DNA of 64,000 nt, taken from the NCBI GenBank assembly GCA_964624145.1, contig CAZUXT010000009.1, positions 12,269-76,268 of the forward strand, written 5' to 3'. This DNA is from an uncultured Eubacteriales bacterium. GTDB taxonomy: Bacteria > Acidobacteriota > Aminicenantia > Aminicenantales > Aminicenantaceae. Below are positions 8,914-19,400 of this stretch, piece by piece. Under the pieces are notes generated by a model. That model saw nothing but the letters and a program-made list of their open reading frames with translations. It was not told where the DNA came from and made no database searches. A program made the translations under genes and the position numbers. Positions within the stretch are counted from its first letter, which is position 1. Each line of letters opens with the position of its first letter.

Positions 8914-11067
8914 ATGAAACGATTCCAGTATTGTCTGATATTCATACTCATATTCAGCTTGGCGCTTGTATCCTGGGCTGATGAAGGGATGTGGATGCCC
9001 CATCAGATGAAAGGTCTTAAGCTCAAGGCAAAAGGACTGAAAATGAACCCAGACGACCTGTACAGGGAAGATGGGACTGGGTTGATGAGCGCAGTGGTGA
9101 ATTTGGGAGGGGGGACTGGAGAATTCGTAAGCTTTGAAGGATTGATCCTCACCAATCACCATGTGGCTTTTGGCGCGCTTCAAAGAGCCGCCACAAAGGA
9201 GAAGGATTACATCCAGGATGGATTTATTGCCTGGACAAAAGAAGAGGAGATCCCGGCCCAAGGATATATTGCGGATGTTCTGCTGGGGTATGAAGAGGTC
9301 ACAGACAAAATCATAGCAGAGATAAAACCGGATATGACCTATAGAGAAAAATACGAAGCCATTGATAAGGCAGAAAAGAAGCTCATAGCAGAAGCTGAAA
9401 AAGAGGGAGAAGATATCAGAGCCAGTGTGGCAGCCATGTACAGCGGGAATCAATACTATTTATTCCGGTTCAAGCGCATAAAGGACATCCGTATCGTCTA
9501 TGCTCCTCCAAGGGATCTGGGTAATTTTGGAGGGGATATTGATAACTGGATGTGGCCGAGACACACATGCGACTTCAGCTTTTTGAGAGCGTATGTATCT
9601 CCGGAGAATAAAGGAGTGGATTACAGCAAAGACAATGTTCCGTATCAGCCGAAATCAGTGCTTAAGATCTCTACAAAAGGATTTAAAGAAGGGGAATTTT
9701 CTTTTGTGATGGGCTATCCCGGGAGGACGTACAGAAACAGCACACTCGCAGAGCTTAGTCTTGACCTGAGAAACATGAAAGAAAGAATGGACTTGTATAA
9801 GGATATCATTGCTTTCTTCGAACAAGCAGGCAAAGACGACAGAGAGGTGCAGATCAAGTATGCCAGCCTCATCAAAGGCCTGAACAATGGCCTTAAGAAC
9901 TATCAGGGTAAATTTGAGGGAATAGCCAGAATCAATTTGCTTGAGACAAAAGAAAACCAGGAAAAGAGTTTTATGGAGTGGGTGAAGGATAAGCCGGAAA
10001 GGGAAGAACTGTACGGCAATGTACTTGAGGGCATCTCCGTTTTCATGGAAAATTATGCAGCCTTTGATAAGAAAAACACACTTCTGGGAAGGATGGTCAG
10101 CTCTTATTTCGGATCCGCTCTCCTATCGCAGGCCTATACCATTTTTCGTACGGTTGAGGAGAAAGAAAAACCGGACATGGAAAGGGAAACGGCATATCAG
10201 GAGAGGAATATTCCTTTAATAAAGATGCGGATCCAGCTTGCTGACAGAGGATTTGACCTGGAAGCGGACAGGGCTTTTTTCAAGCACCAGCTAAAAAAGC
10301 TTAAAGATTATCCTGAGGAACAGATACCGAACGCGTTAAAGGAGCTTGTATCCAAAGGATCCGGAAAGGCTATTGATGACTTTGTGGATACCCTCTATAA
10401 CAACACCATTCTTGCTGATACGAAAAAAAGGCTCGAGCTTATTGATATGACGAGAGAAGAACTTATGAAAATCAAAGACCCACTTATCCAACTGGCTTCA
10501 GAACTTGAAAAAGAGATGGAAGAGCTCAGAGAAAAAGAAAAAGCTCTGGGACAGGAAAGGCAGGAACTCAAGAAAGCCTATCTGTCTGGCCTTCTGGAGA
10601 AGGAGGAGGGGAGAATCGCACCAGATGCCAACTCGACCATTCGTTTCACTTACGGATTCATTGAGGGCTACAGCCCCAGAGATGCAGTGTATTATGAATC
10701 CCAGACCACGTTGAGCGGTGTTCTGGAAAAAGATACCGGAGAATTCCCGTTCCGGGTACCTGAGAAGATCAAAGAACTCTATGAATCCAGGGATTACGGG
10801 CTTTATGAAGACAAGAAGCTCAATGATATCCCGGCCTGCTTCTTGAACACAACCAGTGTGACCGGAGGGAATTCCGGCTCTCCAACTCTTAATGCCAGAG
10901 GCGAACAGATAGGTATTATCTTTGATATGACCTATGAGAGTGTGACCGCTGATTATTATGAGGTTCCGGAGCTGCAGCGGACCATCAGTGTGGATATACG
11001 GTATGTGCTTTTTGTTACAGAGAAATTTTCAGGAGCCGAACACATTATAAAAGAGCTGGGTTTGTAA
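8914..11067 (+). CDS. S46 family dipeptidyl-peptidase (DPP7/DPP11-like)
   Basis: Signal peptide then DEGMW; TNHH (His), FGGDIDNWMWPRHT (Asp), GGNSGSP (Ser). Confidence 0.95.
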   Translation: MKRFQYCLIFILIFSLALVSWADEGMWMPHQMKGLKLKAKGLKMNPDDLYREDGTGLMSAVVNLGGGTGEFVSFEGLILTNHHVAFGALQRAATKEKDYIQDGFIAWTKEEEIPAQGYIADVLLGYEEVTDKIIAEIKPDMTYREKYEAIDKAEKKLIAEAEKEGEDIRASVAAMYSGNQYYLFRFKRIKDIRIVYAPPRDLGNFGGDIDNWMWPRHTCDFSFLRAYVSPENKGVDYSKDNVPYQPKSVLKISTKGFKEGEFSFVMGYPGRTYRNSTLAELSLDLRNMKERMDLYKDIIAFFEQAGKDDREVQIKYASLIKGLNNGLKNYQGKFEGIARINLLETKENQEKSFMEWVKDKPEREELYGNVLEGISVFMENYAAFDKKNTLLGRMVSSYFGSALLSQAYTIFRTVEEKEKPDMERETAYQERNIPLIKMRIQLADRGFDLEADRAFFKHQLKKLKDYPEEQIPNALKELVSKGSGKAIDDFVDTLYNNTILADTKKRLELIDMTREELMKIKDPLIQLASELEKEMEELREKEKALGQERQELKKAYLSGLLEKEEGRIAPDANSTIRFTYGFIEGYSPRDAVYYESQTTLSGVLEKDTGEFPFRVPEKIKELYESRDYGLYEDKKLNDIPACFLNTTSVTGGNSGSPTLNARGEQIGIIFDMTYESVTADYYEVPELQRTISVDIRYVLFVTEKFSGAEHIIKELGL

Positions 11068-11076
11068 ACAAATTTC

Positions 11077-12744
11077 TCATAATAAATAAACCGCAGCAAG
11101 GCCCAAAATTCCGACAACAACCACATAATAAACAGTGGGCAAAATGGTTTTGCGAAGGATGGATCCTTCCTGGCCTAAAATGCCTACAGTGGCTGAAGCA
11201 GCCACCACGTTGTGGATAGCCACCATGTTGCCTGCAGCCGCGCCCACAGCTTGAAGGGCGACGACCACTGCCCCTGATATCATCAGTGTATCCGCCACAC
11301 TGAACTGGAACAGACTGAACATGAGATTGCTCACTGTGTTGCTTCCGGCAATAAAAGCTCCAAGAGCTCCAATGGATGGTGCAAAAAGAGGCCAGATTTT
11401 TCCCACATTTGCAGCCACCCATTGGGCCATAGCCACGGGCATGCCGGGCAGTCCTGCGGCATTAATGCCTGAGTTCATATAGATTCTGACCATGGGTACG
11501 GTGAAAATCAAAACAAAGCCAGCGCCTAAGAGCATTCGGCTCGACTCAGTGAGGGCGGCCCTGAAGCTTGAGATCTTCATTCGATGGATAAGTAACGTCA
11601 ATAGAGACACACCGATAAGAATGGTTCCGGGCAGATACAATGGAGTTGTGGAAGGAGTGATCCCGGTTTCAAACACATCGCTCCATTTTATACTCACTGA
11701 CTGGAGAAAATGGCCTACCGGAAAATGGGGAAGACGTGTAAGCACCAGAATAACGGCCATTAAAATATAGGGAGTCCAGGCAAGCCAGTCAGGCAGTGTT
11801 TTTCCAGTTTGGCTGTCCAGATTCACATCAATGGTCCCTTTCCATTTAGAATCCCATTCACTTTGAGGAGAGAAATCCCAATGGTCTTTAGGAAGCAGAA
11901 ATTTTTTCTTGGCAGCAAAGGTAACCAGAGCAAGCCCAAAAAGAGCCCCTAGTAATGAGGGGAATTCAGGGCCTAGTAAGAGGCCGGTTAATGTGTAGGG
12001 AATAGTGAAAGCCAGTCCGCTGAACAGAGCAAACGGAAATATAGAAATCCCTTCTGACCAGGATTTTTTTGAGCCAAAAAAACGGGTCAGCATAATAATC
12101 ATGAGAAAAGGAATCAAAGTTCCTGTGATGCCGTGGAACAGAGCTGAATGGGCTGTAATGGTTTGCAGATAACTGTCAAAATCGGTACCTGCGGCTTTGA
12201 GTTGGGCCATGACCTCAGGATTCTGGAGGCCGCCCCTCACCCCGATCAATATGGGTGTACCGCAAGCTCCAAAAGTAACGGCAGTGGATTGGGTCATCAT
12301 CCCGATCATAACGGCGGCCATGGCTGGAAAGCCCAGAGCTACCATAAGAGGAGCGGCGATAGCTGCGGGAGTGCCAAATCCAGCGGAGCCTTCAATAAAC
12401 GAACCGAAAAGCCAGGCAATGATTATGACTTGAACCCGGCGGTCAGGGCTGATGTTTGTGAAACCTCTGCGAATAGAAGATAAAGCCCCGGAATGCTTTA
12501 GAGTGTTTAATAGAAGGATGGCACCGAAAATAATCCAGAGTATGTCAAAGGTAATGAAGAGGCCCTGTATAGTGGAAGCAGCCACTCGAGCCAAATCGAC
12601 CCTCCAGATGGTCAGGCTTAACAAAACGGTCAAAGCAAAGACCATGGGCATAGCTTTTTTTGCAGGAAGACGAAAACCAACAAGAAGGACCGCTGCCGCC
12701 AGAATTGGAATAAATGCCAAAAAGGCTTGAACAGGGAGACTCAT
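11077..12744 (-). CDS. lctP: L-lactate permease
   Basis: Multi-TM protein; [24 protein letters not shown] and [13 protein letters not shown] family motifs. Confidence 0.93.
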   Translation of the reverse strand: MSLPVQAFLAFIPILAAAVLLVGFRLPAKKAMPMVFALTVLLSLTIWRVDLARVAASTIQGLFITFDILWIIFGAILLLNTLKHSGALSSIRRGFTNISPDRRVQVIIIAWLFGSFIEGSAGFGTPAAIAAPLMVALGFPAMAAVMIGMMTQSTAVTFGACGTPILIGVRGGLQNPEVMAQLKAAGTDFDSYLQTITAHSALFHGITGTLIPFLMIIMLTRFFGSKKSWSEGISIFPFALFSGLAFTIPYTLTGLLLGPEFPSLLGALFGLALVTFAAKKKFLLPKDHWDFSPQSEWDSKWKGTIDVNLDSQTGKTLPDWLAWTPYILMAVILVLTRLPHFPVGHFLQSVSIKWSDVFETGITPSTTPLYLPGTILIGVSLLTLLIHRMKISSFRAALTESSRMLLGAGFVLIFTVPMVRIYMNSGINAAGLPGMPVAMAQWVAANVGKIWPLFAPSIGALGAFIAGSNTVSNLMFSLFQFSVADTLMISGAVVVALQAVGAAAGNMVAIHNVVAASATVGILGQEGSILRKTILPTVYYVVVVGILGLAAVYLL

Positions 12745-12942
12745 TTTGTTTCAGTAACTCCTTAGATGATTATAAATACAATTTATCAAAAACCCTGATT
12801 GAAATGAAGCGGCAATTTCAAGGGATTGCCCCTTTTGTCAGCCATCACGCCCATAAAAAAACAGAAGGTTATTGAATGGATTCTTTCAGTTTGTTCTGAT
12901 ATTATCTGGTTTTGCCATAATGATACATAGAGACCTTAGTTG

Positions 12943-13101
12943 ATGGGTATTCTTTTTAGCGGAGTGGCTGGTATTATGGTCTACATAGGTTTGGATGAGC
13001 TGCTGCCTACCAGCAGGGCTTACGGCAAGGGGCATGACAGTATTTTAGGCTTGGTGAGCGGAATGCTGGTCATGGCCTTGAGCCTGCTGTTGATGAGATA
13101 G
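12943..13101 (+). pseudogene. zupT: 3' remnant of a ZIP-family zinc transporter (last two TM helices only)
   Basis: Manual translation [52 protein letters not shown] matches the ZupT C-terminus; in-frame TAG at 12937 upstream; rest of gene absent. Confidence 0.8.
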
Positions 13102-13142
13102 TACATTTGTCTCATTTTTGATAATTAGTATGTTCGTCCTAT
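13099..13142 (+). promoter_or_regulatory. Conserved motif copy A (TAGTACATTTGTCTCATTT, 13099-13117) plus degenerate second repeat (TAGTATGTTCGTCCTAT, 13126-13142)
   Basis: 17/19 identical to each of the copies at 31786-31804 (-) and 37866-37884 (+). Confidence 0.75.
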
Positions 13143-13209
13143 AGAAAGGGCTGTCTTTTCTGTGGTAAAAATGTTTTCTGAAGAAAAATCAACACGAGGA
13201 GACTGAAAA

Positions 13210-13269
13210 ATGAGAAAAAAAAATCAGTTTATGCTGGATTATCTCAGGGAGCTGGGCAACGATCAATAG
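13210..13269 (+). CDS. 19-aa small ORF MRKKNQFMLDYLRELGNDQ, in frame with the downstream protease
   Basis: GAGGAG RBS at about 13196-13201; TAG at 13267-13269 is immediately followed by the GTG at 13270 in the same frame. Confidence 0.45.
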   Translation: MRKKNQFMLDYLRELGNDQ

Positions 13270-14337
13270 GTGACGGGACGGATGAAAAAAATAAAAATAA
13301 AGCGGGTCTTTGTTTTCCTTTTCTTTACTTTTCTCTTATCTTGGGGTTTTGACTGGTTGGTCATAGGCCTTGGAGGATCCGGCGCTTTCCGCAGCCTGAG
13401 CATGAGTCCATGGGGTATGCTTGTTCCTGCTCTGGTCGCCATTGTTCTCCAGATGTTTTTCTATAAAGACAGCCCTATATATTATCAGACCTATAAAGAA
13501 AAGCCGCGCTGGATCTTTTTAGGTTTCATGATCCTTACTGTAGTTTATGGGATTCTGACACTTCTTGCAGTATTTAACCCGGGATCCGGACAGATCTTCC
13601 AGGGTCTGGGAGCCCTCCTGTTTACGCTTTGGATTTTAGGGGTGTTTTTTATTCGCGGTCAAAGCAGTGAGGGGGCATTTGAACGGGCCGGATTGAAGCT
13701 GGGAAATGTGAAGATAGCGCAGCGTTTTATAGGGGGTATCCTGCTGTTTTTTCTCCTGCAGGCTGGTTTTAATCTCATTTTCAAGCTGGGTCCTTTTGTG
13801 GGCAGGATTGAACGCATATACGGCCTGCCCATCCCCTCATCTTTATATGTTCCGGCCCTGATCGTTCTATTTGTTCTGGTTGCTGTTATCGGAGTGCCAT
13901 TAAGCGGAATAGCCGGGGTTTTCGGTGAAGAGTACGGCTGGCGCGGTTTTTTGCAGTCTGAATTAACCAAGCTCGGGAATCTCAAAGGGGTTCTGTTGGT
14001 TGGTTTGATCTGGGGAATTTGGCATTTTCCCATTATTTTAAGAGGCATCCATACCTATCCGCCGTCTGTTTTGGGTCTTTTTTTAGGGGTGATATTTTTT
14101 GTATTATGGGGAATCATTCAGGGTTATGCGGTGATCAAAACCGGAAGCATCTGGGTTGCTGCCTTTATGCACGGTCTGGTGAACAGTGTGTACGGTTTTA
14201 TGCTTTCGTATGTGGTGAGACCTGAAAACAGGGTTTTTTCTTTCGGACTGGGAATTTACGGCATAGTCTGTCTGCTGATTGTGGTGGGATGGATTCTCCG
14301 GGATCCGGTCTGGAAAAAAGAAAACAAAGGGATATAA
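13270..14337 (+). CDS. CPBP (CAAX/Abi) intramembrane glutamic protease
   Basis: GEEYGWRGF, WGIWHFP and FMHGLVN motifs; multi-TM; start may be GTG 13270 or ATG 13282. Confidence 0.93.
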   Translation: MTGRMKKIKIKRVFVFLFFTFLLSWGFDWLVIGLGGSGAFRSLSMSPWGMLVPALVAIVLQMFFYKDSPIYYQTYKEKPRWIFLGFMILTVVYGILTLLAVFNPGSGQIFQGLGALLFTLWILGVFFIRGQSSEGAFERAGLKLGNVKIAQRFIGGILLFFLLQAGFNLIFKLGPFVGRIERIYGLPIPSSLYVPALIVLFVLVAVIGVPLSGIAGVFGEEYGWRGFLQSELTKLGNLKGVLLVGLIWGIWHFPIILRGIHTYPPSVLGLFLGVIFFVLWGIIQGYAVIKTGSIWVAAFMHGLVNSVYGFMLSYVVRPENRVFSFGLGIYGIVCLLIVVGWILRDPVWKKENKGI

Positions 14338-14403
14338 CCACATATATTTCTGCTCTGCAACTTTTTTTCTTAACCGCTTTTTAACAAATCTTTTACATCC
14401 TCC

Positions 14404-14421
14404 TGACAACTTAGTGTGTCA
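14404..14421. promoter_or_regulatory. TGACA-N8-TGTCA palindrome upstream of the epimerase/SDR pair
   Basis: Inverted repeat 60-78 bp upstream of ATG 14482; regulator unknown. Confidence 0.35.
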
Positions 14422-14481
14422 ACCCTCCTAGATTAAGTGTAGGTACCTGAAAAAGGGAAAAAATCTTAGGAGGTGTGTGAA

Positions 14482-15495
14482 ATGTCAGGAACAAAGGTAT
14501 TTGTTACCGGGGCAGATGGTCTTTTAGGAAGCCATCTCGTCAGAGAGCTTTTAAAAAAGGGGTTTTCGGTCAAAGCGCTCATTCATCCGAAAAGCACATC
14601 CCGGAGCTTGGAGGGATTGGATATTGAAACCGTTAAAGGCGATCTTTTAAACGGAGGCAGCTCCCTTGCCGGGGCGCTCTATGGATGCCGCTATCTCTTC
14701 CACTGTGCGGCAATGACGGATATTTGGGGTGATCCGGATTTAATCTGGAAGATTAATTTCGACGGGACCCGAAAGATATTGGATGCCTCTCTTAAGGCTA
14801 AGATCGAGCGTGTGGTCTATGTGGGGTCAGCCAGTTCCTATCAGTTCGGCACCTATGAGAACCCCGGGGACGAACAGGCTCCCTTTCCCAATGCTTATAG
14901 AGGCGTTGCCTATATGGAATCAAAGTACAAGGCATCGGGATTGGTCCGAAGTTATGTGAGAAAATACGACTTGGATGCTGTGATCGTTGCTCCCACCTTT
15001 ATGTTTGGAGCCTATGATTCAAGGCCCAGTTCCGGAGAGCTTATCCGGCAGTATATCAGCAGGGATATCCGGATTGTGCCTCCAGGCGGAAGGAATTTCG
15101 TCAATGCCAGAGATGCGGCCAAAGCCATGGTCTCCTCACTTTTTAATGGGAGGACAGGACAAAGCTATATTTTGGGAGGTTTGAATATGAGCTACTTTGA
15201 TTTTTTCTCTACCGTATTCCGGATTGCGGAGAAAAAACCTCCCCGCCTCGTTATTCCAAAGGTTCTCATGCGTTTCGGAGGGTTGTTTGGTTCTTTATCC
15301 GGAAAGATATCCAAAAGAAAACCGGTTCTTGAGGAGAGACTAGCCAAGTTTTCCTGTATACGCGCCTACTACAGTTCAGCGAAAGCCAATCAGGAATTGA
15401 ACATGCAGGAGACCAATATCGAGACAACCATTTCAGAATCCATACAGAGTCTTCAAGATTATGGATTTCTTAACGGTAATGGGAGGGAGTTGTGA
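14482..15495 (+). CDS. NAD-dependent epimerase/dehydratase (HpnA/dihydroflavonol reductase-like extended SDR)
   Basis: VTGADGLLG Rossmann motif, FHCAA, YMESK; AGGAGG RBS before ATG 14482. Confidence 0.92.
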   Translation: MSGTKVFVTGADGLLGSHLVRELLKKGFSVKALIHPKSTSRSLEGLDIETVKGDLLNGGSSLAGALYGCRYLFHCAAMTDIWGDPDLIWKINFDGTRKILDASLKAKIERVVYVGSASSYQFGTYENPGDEQAPFPNAYRGVAYMESKYKASGLVRSYVRKYDLDAVIVAPTFMFGAYDSRPSSGELIRQYISRDIRIVPPGGRNFVNARDAAKAMVSSLFNGRTGQSYILGGLNMSYFDFFSTVFRIAEKKPPRLVIPKVLMRFGGLFGSLSGKISKRKPVLEERLAKFSCIRAYYSSAKANQELNMQETNIETTISESIQSLQDYGFLNGNGREL

Positions 15496-16310
15496 GTGCA
15501 TTCAGCAACAAAGTAGCGGTCGTGAGTGGTTCGAGCCGGGGTGTCGGATTTGCATTGGCCAGAGCTTTAGTAGAGAAAGGGGCCAGGGTCGTGATCAATG
15601 CAAGAGGAGGGAGGCGTTTGGAACAGTCGAAATCAAAGCTTTTAAAAATGGGAGGAGACGTAGAAGCCGTGTGCGGAGATGTAGGCGTCTGGGAGGATGC
15701 GCAAAGGATCGTTCAAACAGCCATCGCTAAATACGGACAGCTCGATATTTTGATCAACAATGCCGGTGTATCCATGCGCGGCCGTTTTGACCGGCTTTCC
15801 TACGAAGTCTGCAGGCAGCTGGTGGATACGAATTTGATGGGAGGCGTATTTCTCACAAAAGCAGCCATCGATTCTATCATCCAATCCAAAGGACAGATTG
15901 TATTTATATCCTCTATTTCCGGTTTGTTTGGCCTTCCTCAGGCCTCTCTCTACTGTGCATGTAAAGGAGCTCTGACCTATTTTTGTGGTTCACTGCGTAT
16001 GGAGCTCGCTTCTTACGGGGTGCATATAGGAGTGATCTATCTTGGATTTACGGAGCACGACCCTGAAAAAAGGATTTTAGCGGCAAATGGCTTCCTGGTG
16101 CCTTCGAATCGGCCGGAACATCATACACAAAAACAGGCAGCCGGTATAATACTCAAGGCAATGGAAAAGCGAAAAAAGAAAATTGTCATGACGCCCTTGG
16201 GAAAATTTGGGTGGATCGCTCACCGGATTTCTCCTGCTCTGTCCGAAAAAATCATCCTTAAAGCGCAGTCGTGTAAATGGAAGGCCTATAAACAATTTAT
16301 GGGCTCGTAG
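15492..16310 (+). CDS. Classical short-chain dehydrogenase/reductase
   Basis: SGSSRGVG, NNAG, YCACK catalytic motif; GTG start overlaps the upstream stop. Confidence 0.93.
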   Translation: MSAFSNKVAVVSGSSRGVGFALARALVEKGARVVINARGGRRLEQSKSKLLKMGGDVEAVCGDVGVWEDAQRIVQTAIAKYGQLDILINNAGVSMRGRFDRLSYEVCRQLVDTNLMGGVFLTKAAIDSIIQSKGQIVFISSISGLFGLPQASLYCACKGALTYFCGSLRMELASYGVHIGVIYLGFTEHDPEKRILAANGFLVPSNRPEHHTQKQAAGIILKAMEKRKKKIVMTPLGKFGWIAHRISPALSEKIILKAQSCKWKAYKQFMGS

Positions 16311-16424
16311 CGGAAGAGGTTGAGACCTTATGGCTGTTAAGGGAAATTTCCTTTTTGTCAAAGAAACAGATAAGATGGAAAATATCATCATTGTCAAATA
16401 CCGATGTGAGAATGAGCATTTTTC

Positions 16425-16453
16425 TTGACACTTTTTTGATTTGCTGATATTCT
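16425..16453 (+). promoter_or_regulatory. Sigma70 promoter for the kinase gene
   Basis: TTGACA (16425) -17- TATTCT (16448), with TGn extended -10. Confidence 0.65.
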
Positions 16454-16472
16454 TCTCTTTCAGGGGATTGGG

Positions 16473-19400
16473 ATGGCCATCAAATGCCCGAAGTGTCATT
16501 ATGAGAATCCTGAGGGGACCTCTTTTTGCGGAAAATGCGGGACCCAGCTTGGTCCGGACGCAGGTCCTACCCAGACTATGGAAACCCCAACCACAGCGCT
16601 TCACATAGGCACCACATTTGCCAAAAGATATGAGATTCTGGAAGAACTGGGCAGAGGAGGCATGGGAGAGGTCTTTAGGGTCAAGGATGAAAAACTTGAT
16701 GAAGAGATGGCCCTCAAGGTCGTCAAACCCGAGATCGCTGCCCGCAAAGAGATCATTGAGCGCTTCAAGAATGAACTAAAGCTTTCCCGGAAGATCGCCC
16801 ACAGGCATGTCTGCCGGATGTATGACCTGAATGAAGAGGGAGAGACTCCTTACATCACTATGGAATATGTCAGAGGGGAGGACCTTAAAAGCCTGATCCG
16901 GAAAAAAGGGAAATTAAGTGAAAAGCAAGCGGTCGCTGTAGCCAAGCAGGTGTGTGAGGGGCTGGCTGAAGCCCATGAGCTGGGAGTGGTGCACAGGGAT
17001 CTCAAACCCCAGAACATCATGATCGATGAGAGGAACCATGCCAAGATCATGGATTTTGGCATCGCCCGCCTGGTTGAGGCTCCGGGAGTCACCCAGTCCG
17101 GGATGATGATCGGGACGCCGGATTACATGTCCCCTGAGCAGGCGGACGGAGAAGAGGCAGACCAGGTATCTGACATCTATTCTTTGGGAGTGATCCTCTA
17201 TGAGATGGTGACAGGGAGTGTTCCTTTTAAAGGGGATACAGCTTTGAGTGTGGCTCTCAAACACAAGACAAAGCTTCCTCCGAACCCAAAAAAGCTCAGT
17301 CCTGAGATTTCAGATGATCTGAGAAGGTTGATTCTGATCTGTATGGAGAAGGAACGGGAGAGGAGATATCAATCCGCTGAGGCCCTGCTGAACGATCTGC
17401 GTAATATCGAAGATGGACTGCCGCTCGGCACAAAGATAAAACCCCGTAGAAAGATGTTTTTGGCCCCCTTTCTCCGGAAGAGATTTCTCATTCCGGCTGT
17501 GGTTCTCACCCTTGCCGTTATCGCTGTCGTTATCTGGCAGCTTTTTCCAGGAAAAGGCGCGGCTGCTCCTCTGATCGAAAACTCTATAGCGGTCATAAGC
17601 TTCGAGAACCTGACCGGTGATGAAGCCAATGATATGCTGCAGCGGGCCATTCCCAATCTTGTGATCACCAATTTGGAAAACACCGGACTGCTTCATGTGG
17701 CCACCTGGGAACGCCTGCAGGATCTGATGAAACAGGTGGGCAGAGAGAATGAGGAAACCATTGATAAAGACCTGGGATTCGAGCTCTGCCGCAGGGAAGG
17801 CATCGAATCCATTGTGCTGGGCAGTGTGATGAAGGTGGGAGATGTATTCGCAACCGATGTCAAGGTCTTCGATGTGGCAACCAAAGAACTCATCAAAAGC
17901 GCCAGTTCTCAGGGCGAGGGAATCGACAGCATCATCAACACCCAGATCAGTGAACTCAGCAGGGAGATCGCCCTGGGAGTCGGTATCACCAGGCAGGAGA
18001 TAGCCTCAGCCGACCTTGATGTCTCCGAGTATACCACCACATCCATGGAGGCTTACAGCTATTTTATCAAAGGAAGAGAGGATTGGTACAATCAATATAC
18101 AAAGGATGCCATAACCCGTCTCGAGAAAGCTGTGGAGCTCGATCCCAATTTTGCTGTGGCTTATTTGTATCTCGGATGGTCATACGGTCTGATTCAAGAT
18201 TATAAAAAACAAAGAGAAAACTATGAAAAGGCTAAAGAACTTTCGGAAACGATTATCCTTACAGAAAAAGAAAAGCTTATGATCGATACGCTATTTGCCG
18301 AGTCTGAAGAGAAGTATTTGGAGATTTTGAACACCATTGTTGCAAAATACCCAAGAGACAAATGGGCGCATCTGGAGTTGAGCAAGCATTACAGAAAAAA
18401 TGATATATACTCCGAAGTCATCAAACATTCAGAAATCGTGTTGGCTCTCGATCCTTCCTGGGGAGATGCGTATGAGGAGCTGGCCTTTGCCTATGCGAAC
18501 ACAGGAGATAATGAAAAGGCTCTTGAATATCTGCAGAAGTATTCTGCTGCTATTCCCGGAGATCCCAGCGCGAATCTTACGACAGGCCATTTTTATGTAA
18601 AGATGGGAAAGATCGATGACGCCATTAGAAAATTCAAGGATGCTCTGGATATTAAACCTGACTTTAATATCGAGAATTTTATCGCTTATGCCTATGCCAT
18701 GAAAGAAGATTATACAGAGACTTTTCAATGGATGGACAAATACATTACAAACGCTCCCTCGGAAAGCAAAAAAGCTGATACAGGATATACTTTCAAGGGA
18801 TTTTATCACTACATACTTGGAAACTCCAAACAGGCTGTCGAATATCTGCAAAGAGCATTTGAAACCCCCTGGTTCGGTTTCAGTAGAAATCCTAGAGCTG
18901 AATATATCATGGCTGATGTCAATTATGAGAGCGGCAAATACGATTTATGCCGGGATCAATTCCAGCGTTGGCATGATCGGTGTCAGGAAAAAACTCCCCA
19001 AGAAGCAGTAGCTAGTCGGAGTTATAATTCCTTTTGGCTCCACTGTCCTTTGGGGGCAATTGAGTTAAAACGTGGTAACATCGATTCTGCCCGGTTACAA
19101 CTGAAAAAGATGGAAGACTTGTTGCCCAAAATAACGACCCCCCAAAAATGGGAAGGGTATTACTGGCTTCTCGGCCAGATATTGCTGGCTGAGAAATCAT
19201 ATGACGAAGCCATATCAGTTCTCAAAGACGCTCCACGTTTGAAAATGCCCTGGATATGGCTCACCCAGAATATCATCACTTATAACATGTTAAACATCGA
19301 TTCCTTTTTAGCACAGGCTTATAAGGAAAATGGGGATCTGGACCAGGCCATAGAGGTCTATGAGCGATTGACAGATCCCAATCCAGAAAACAGGGATGGA

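Noticed and set aside
13267-13269. Pyrrolysine or genome-wide TAG recoding
   Set aside because: TAG terminates ordinary genes here (for example 16310, 34593, 60090) and no pyl genes are in the window
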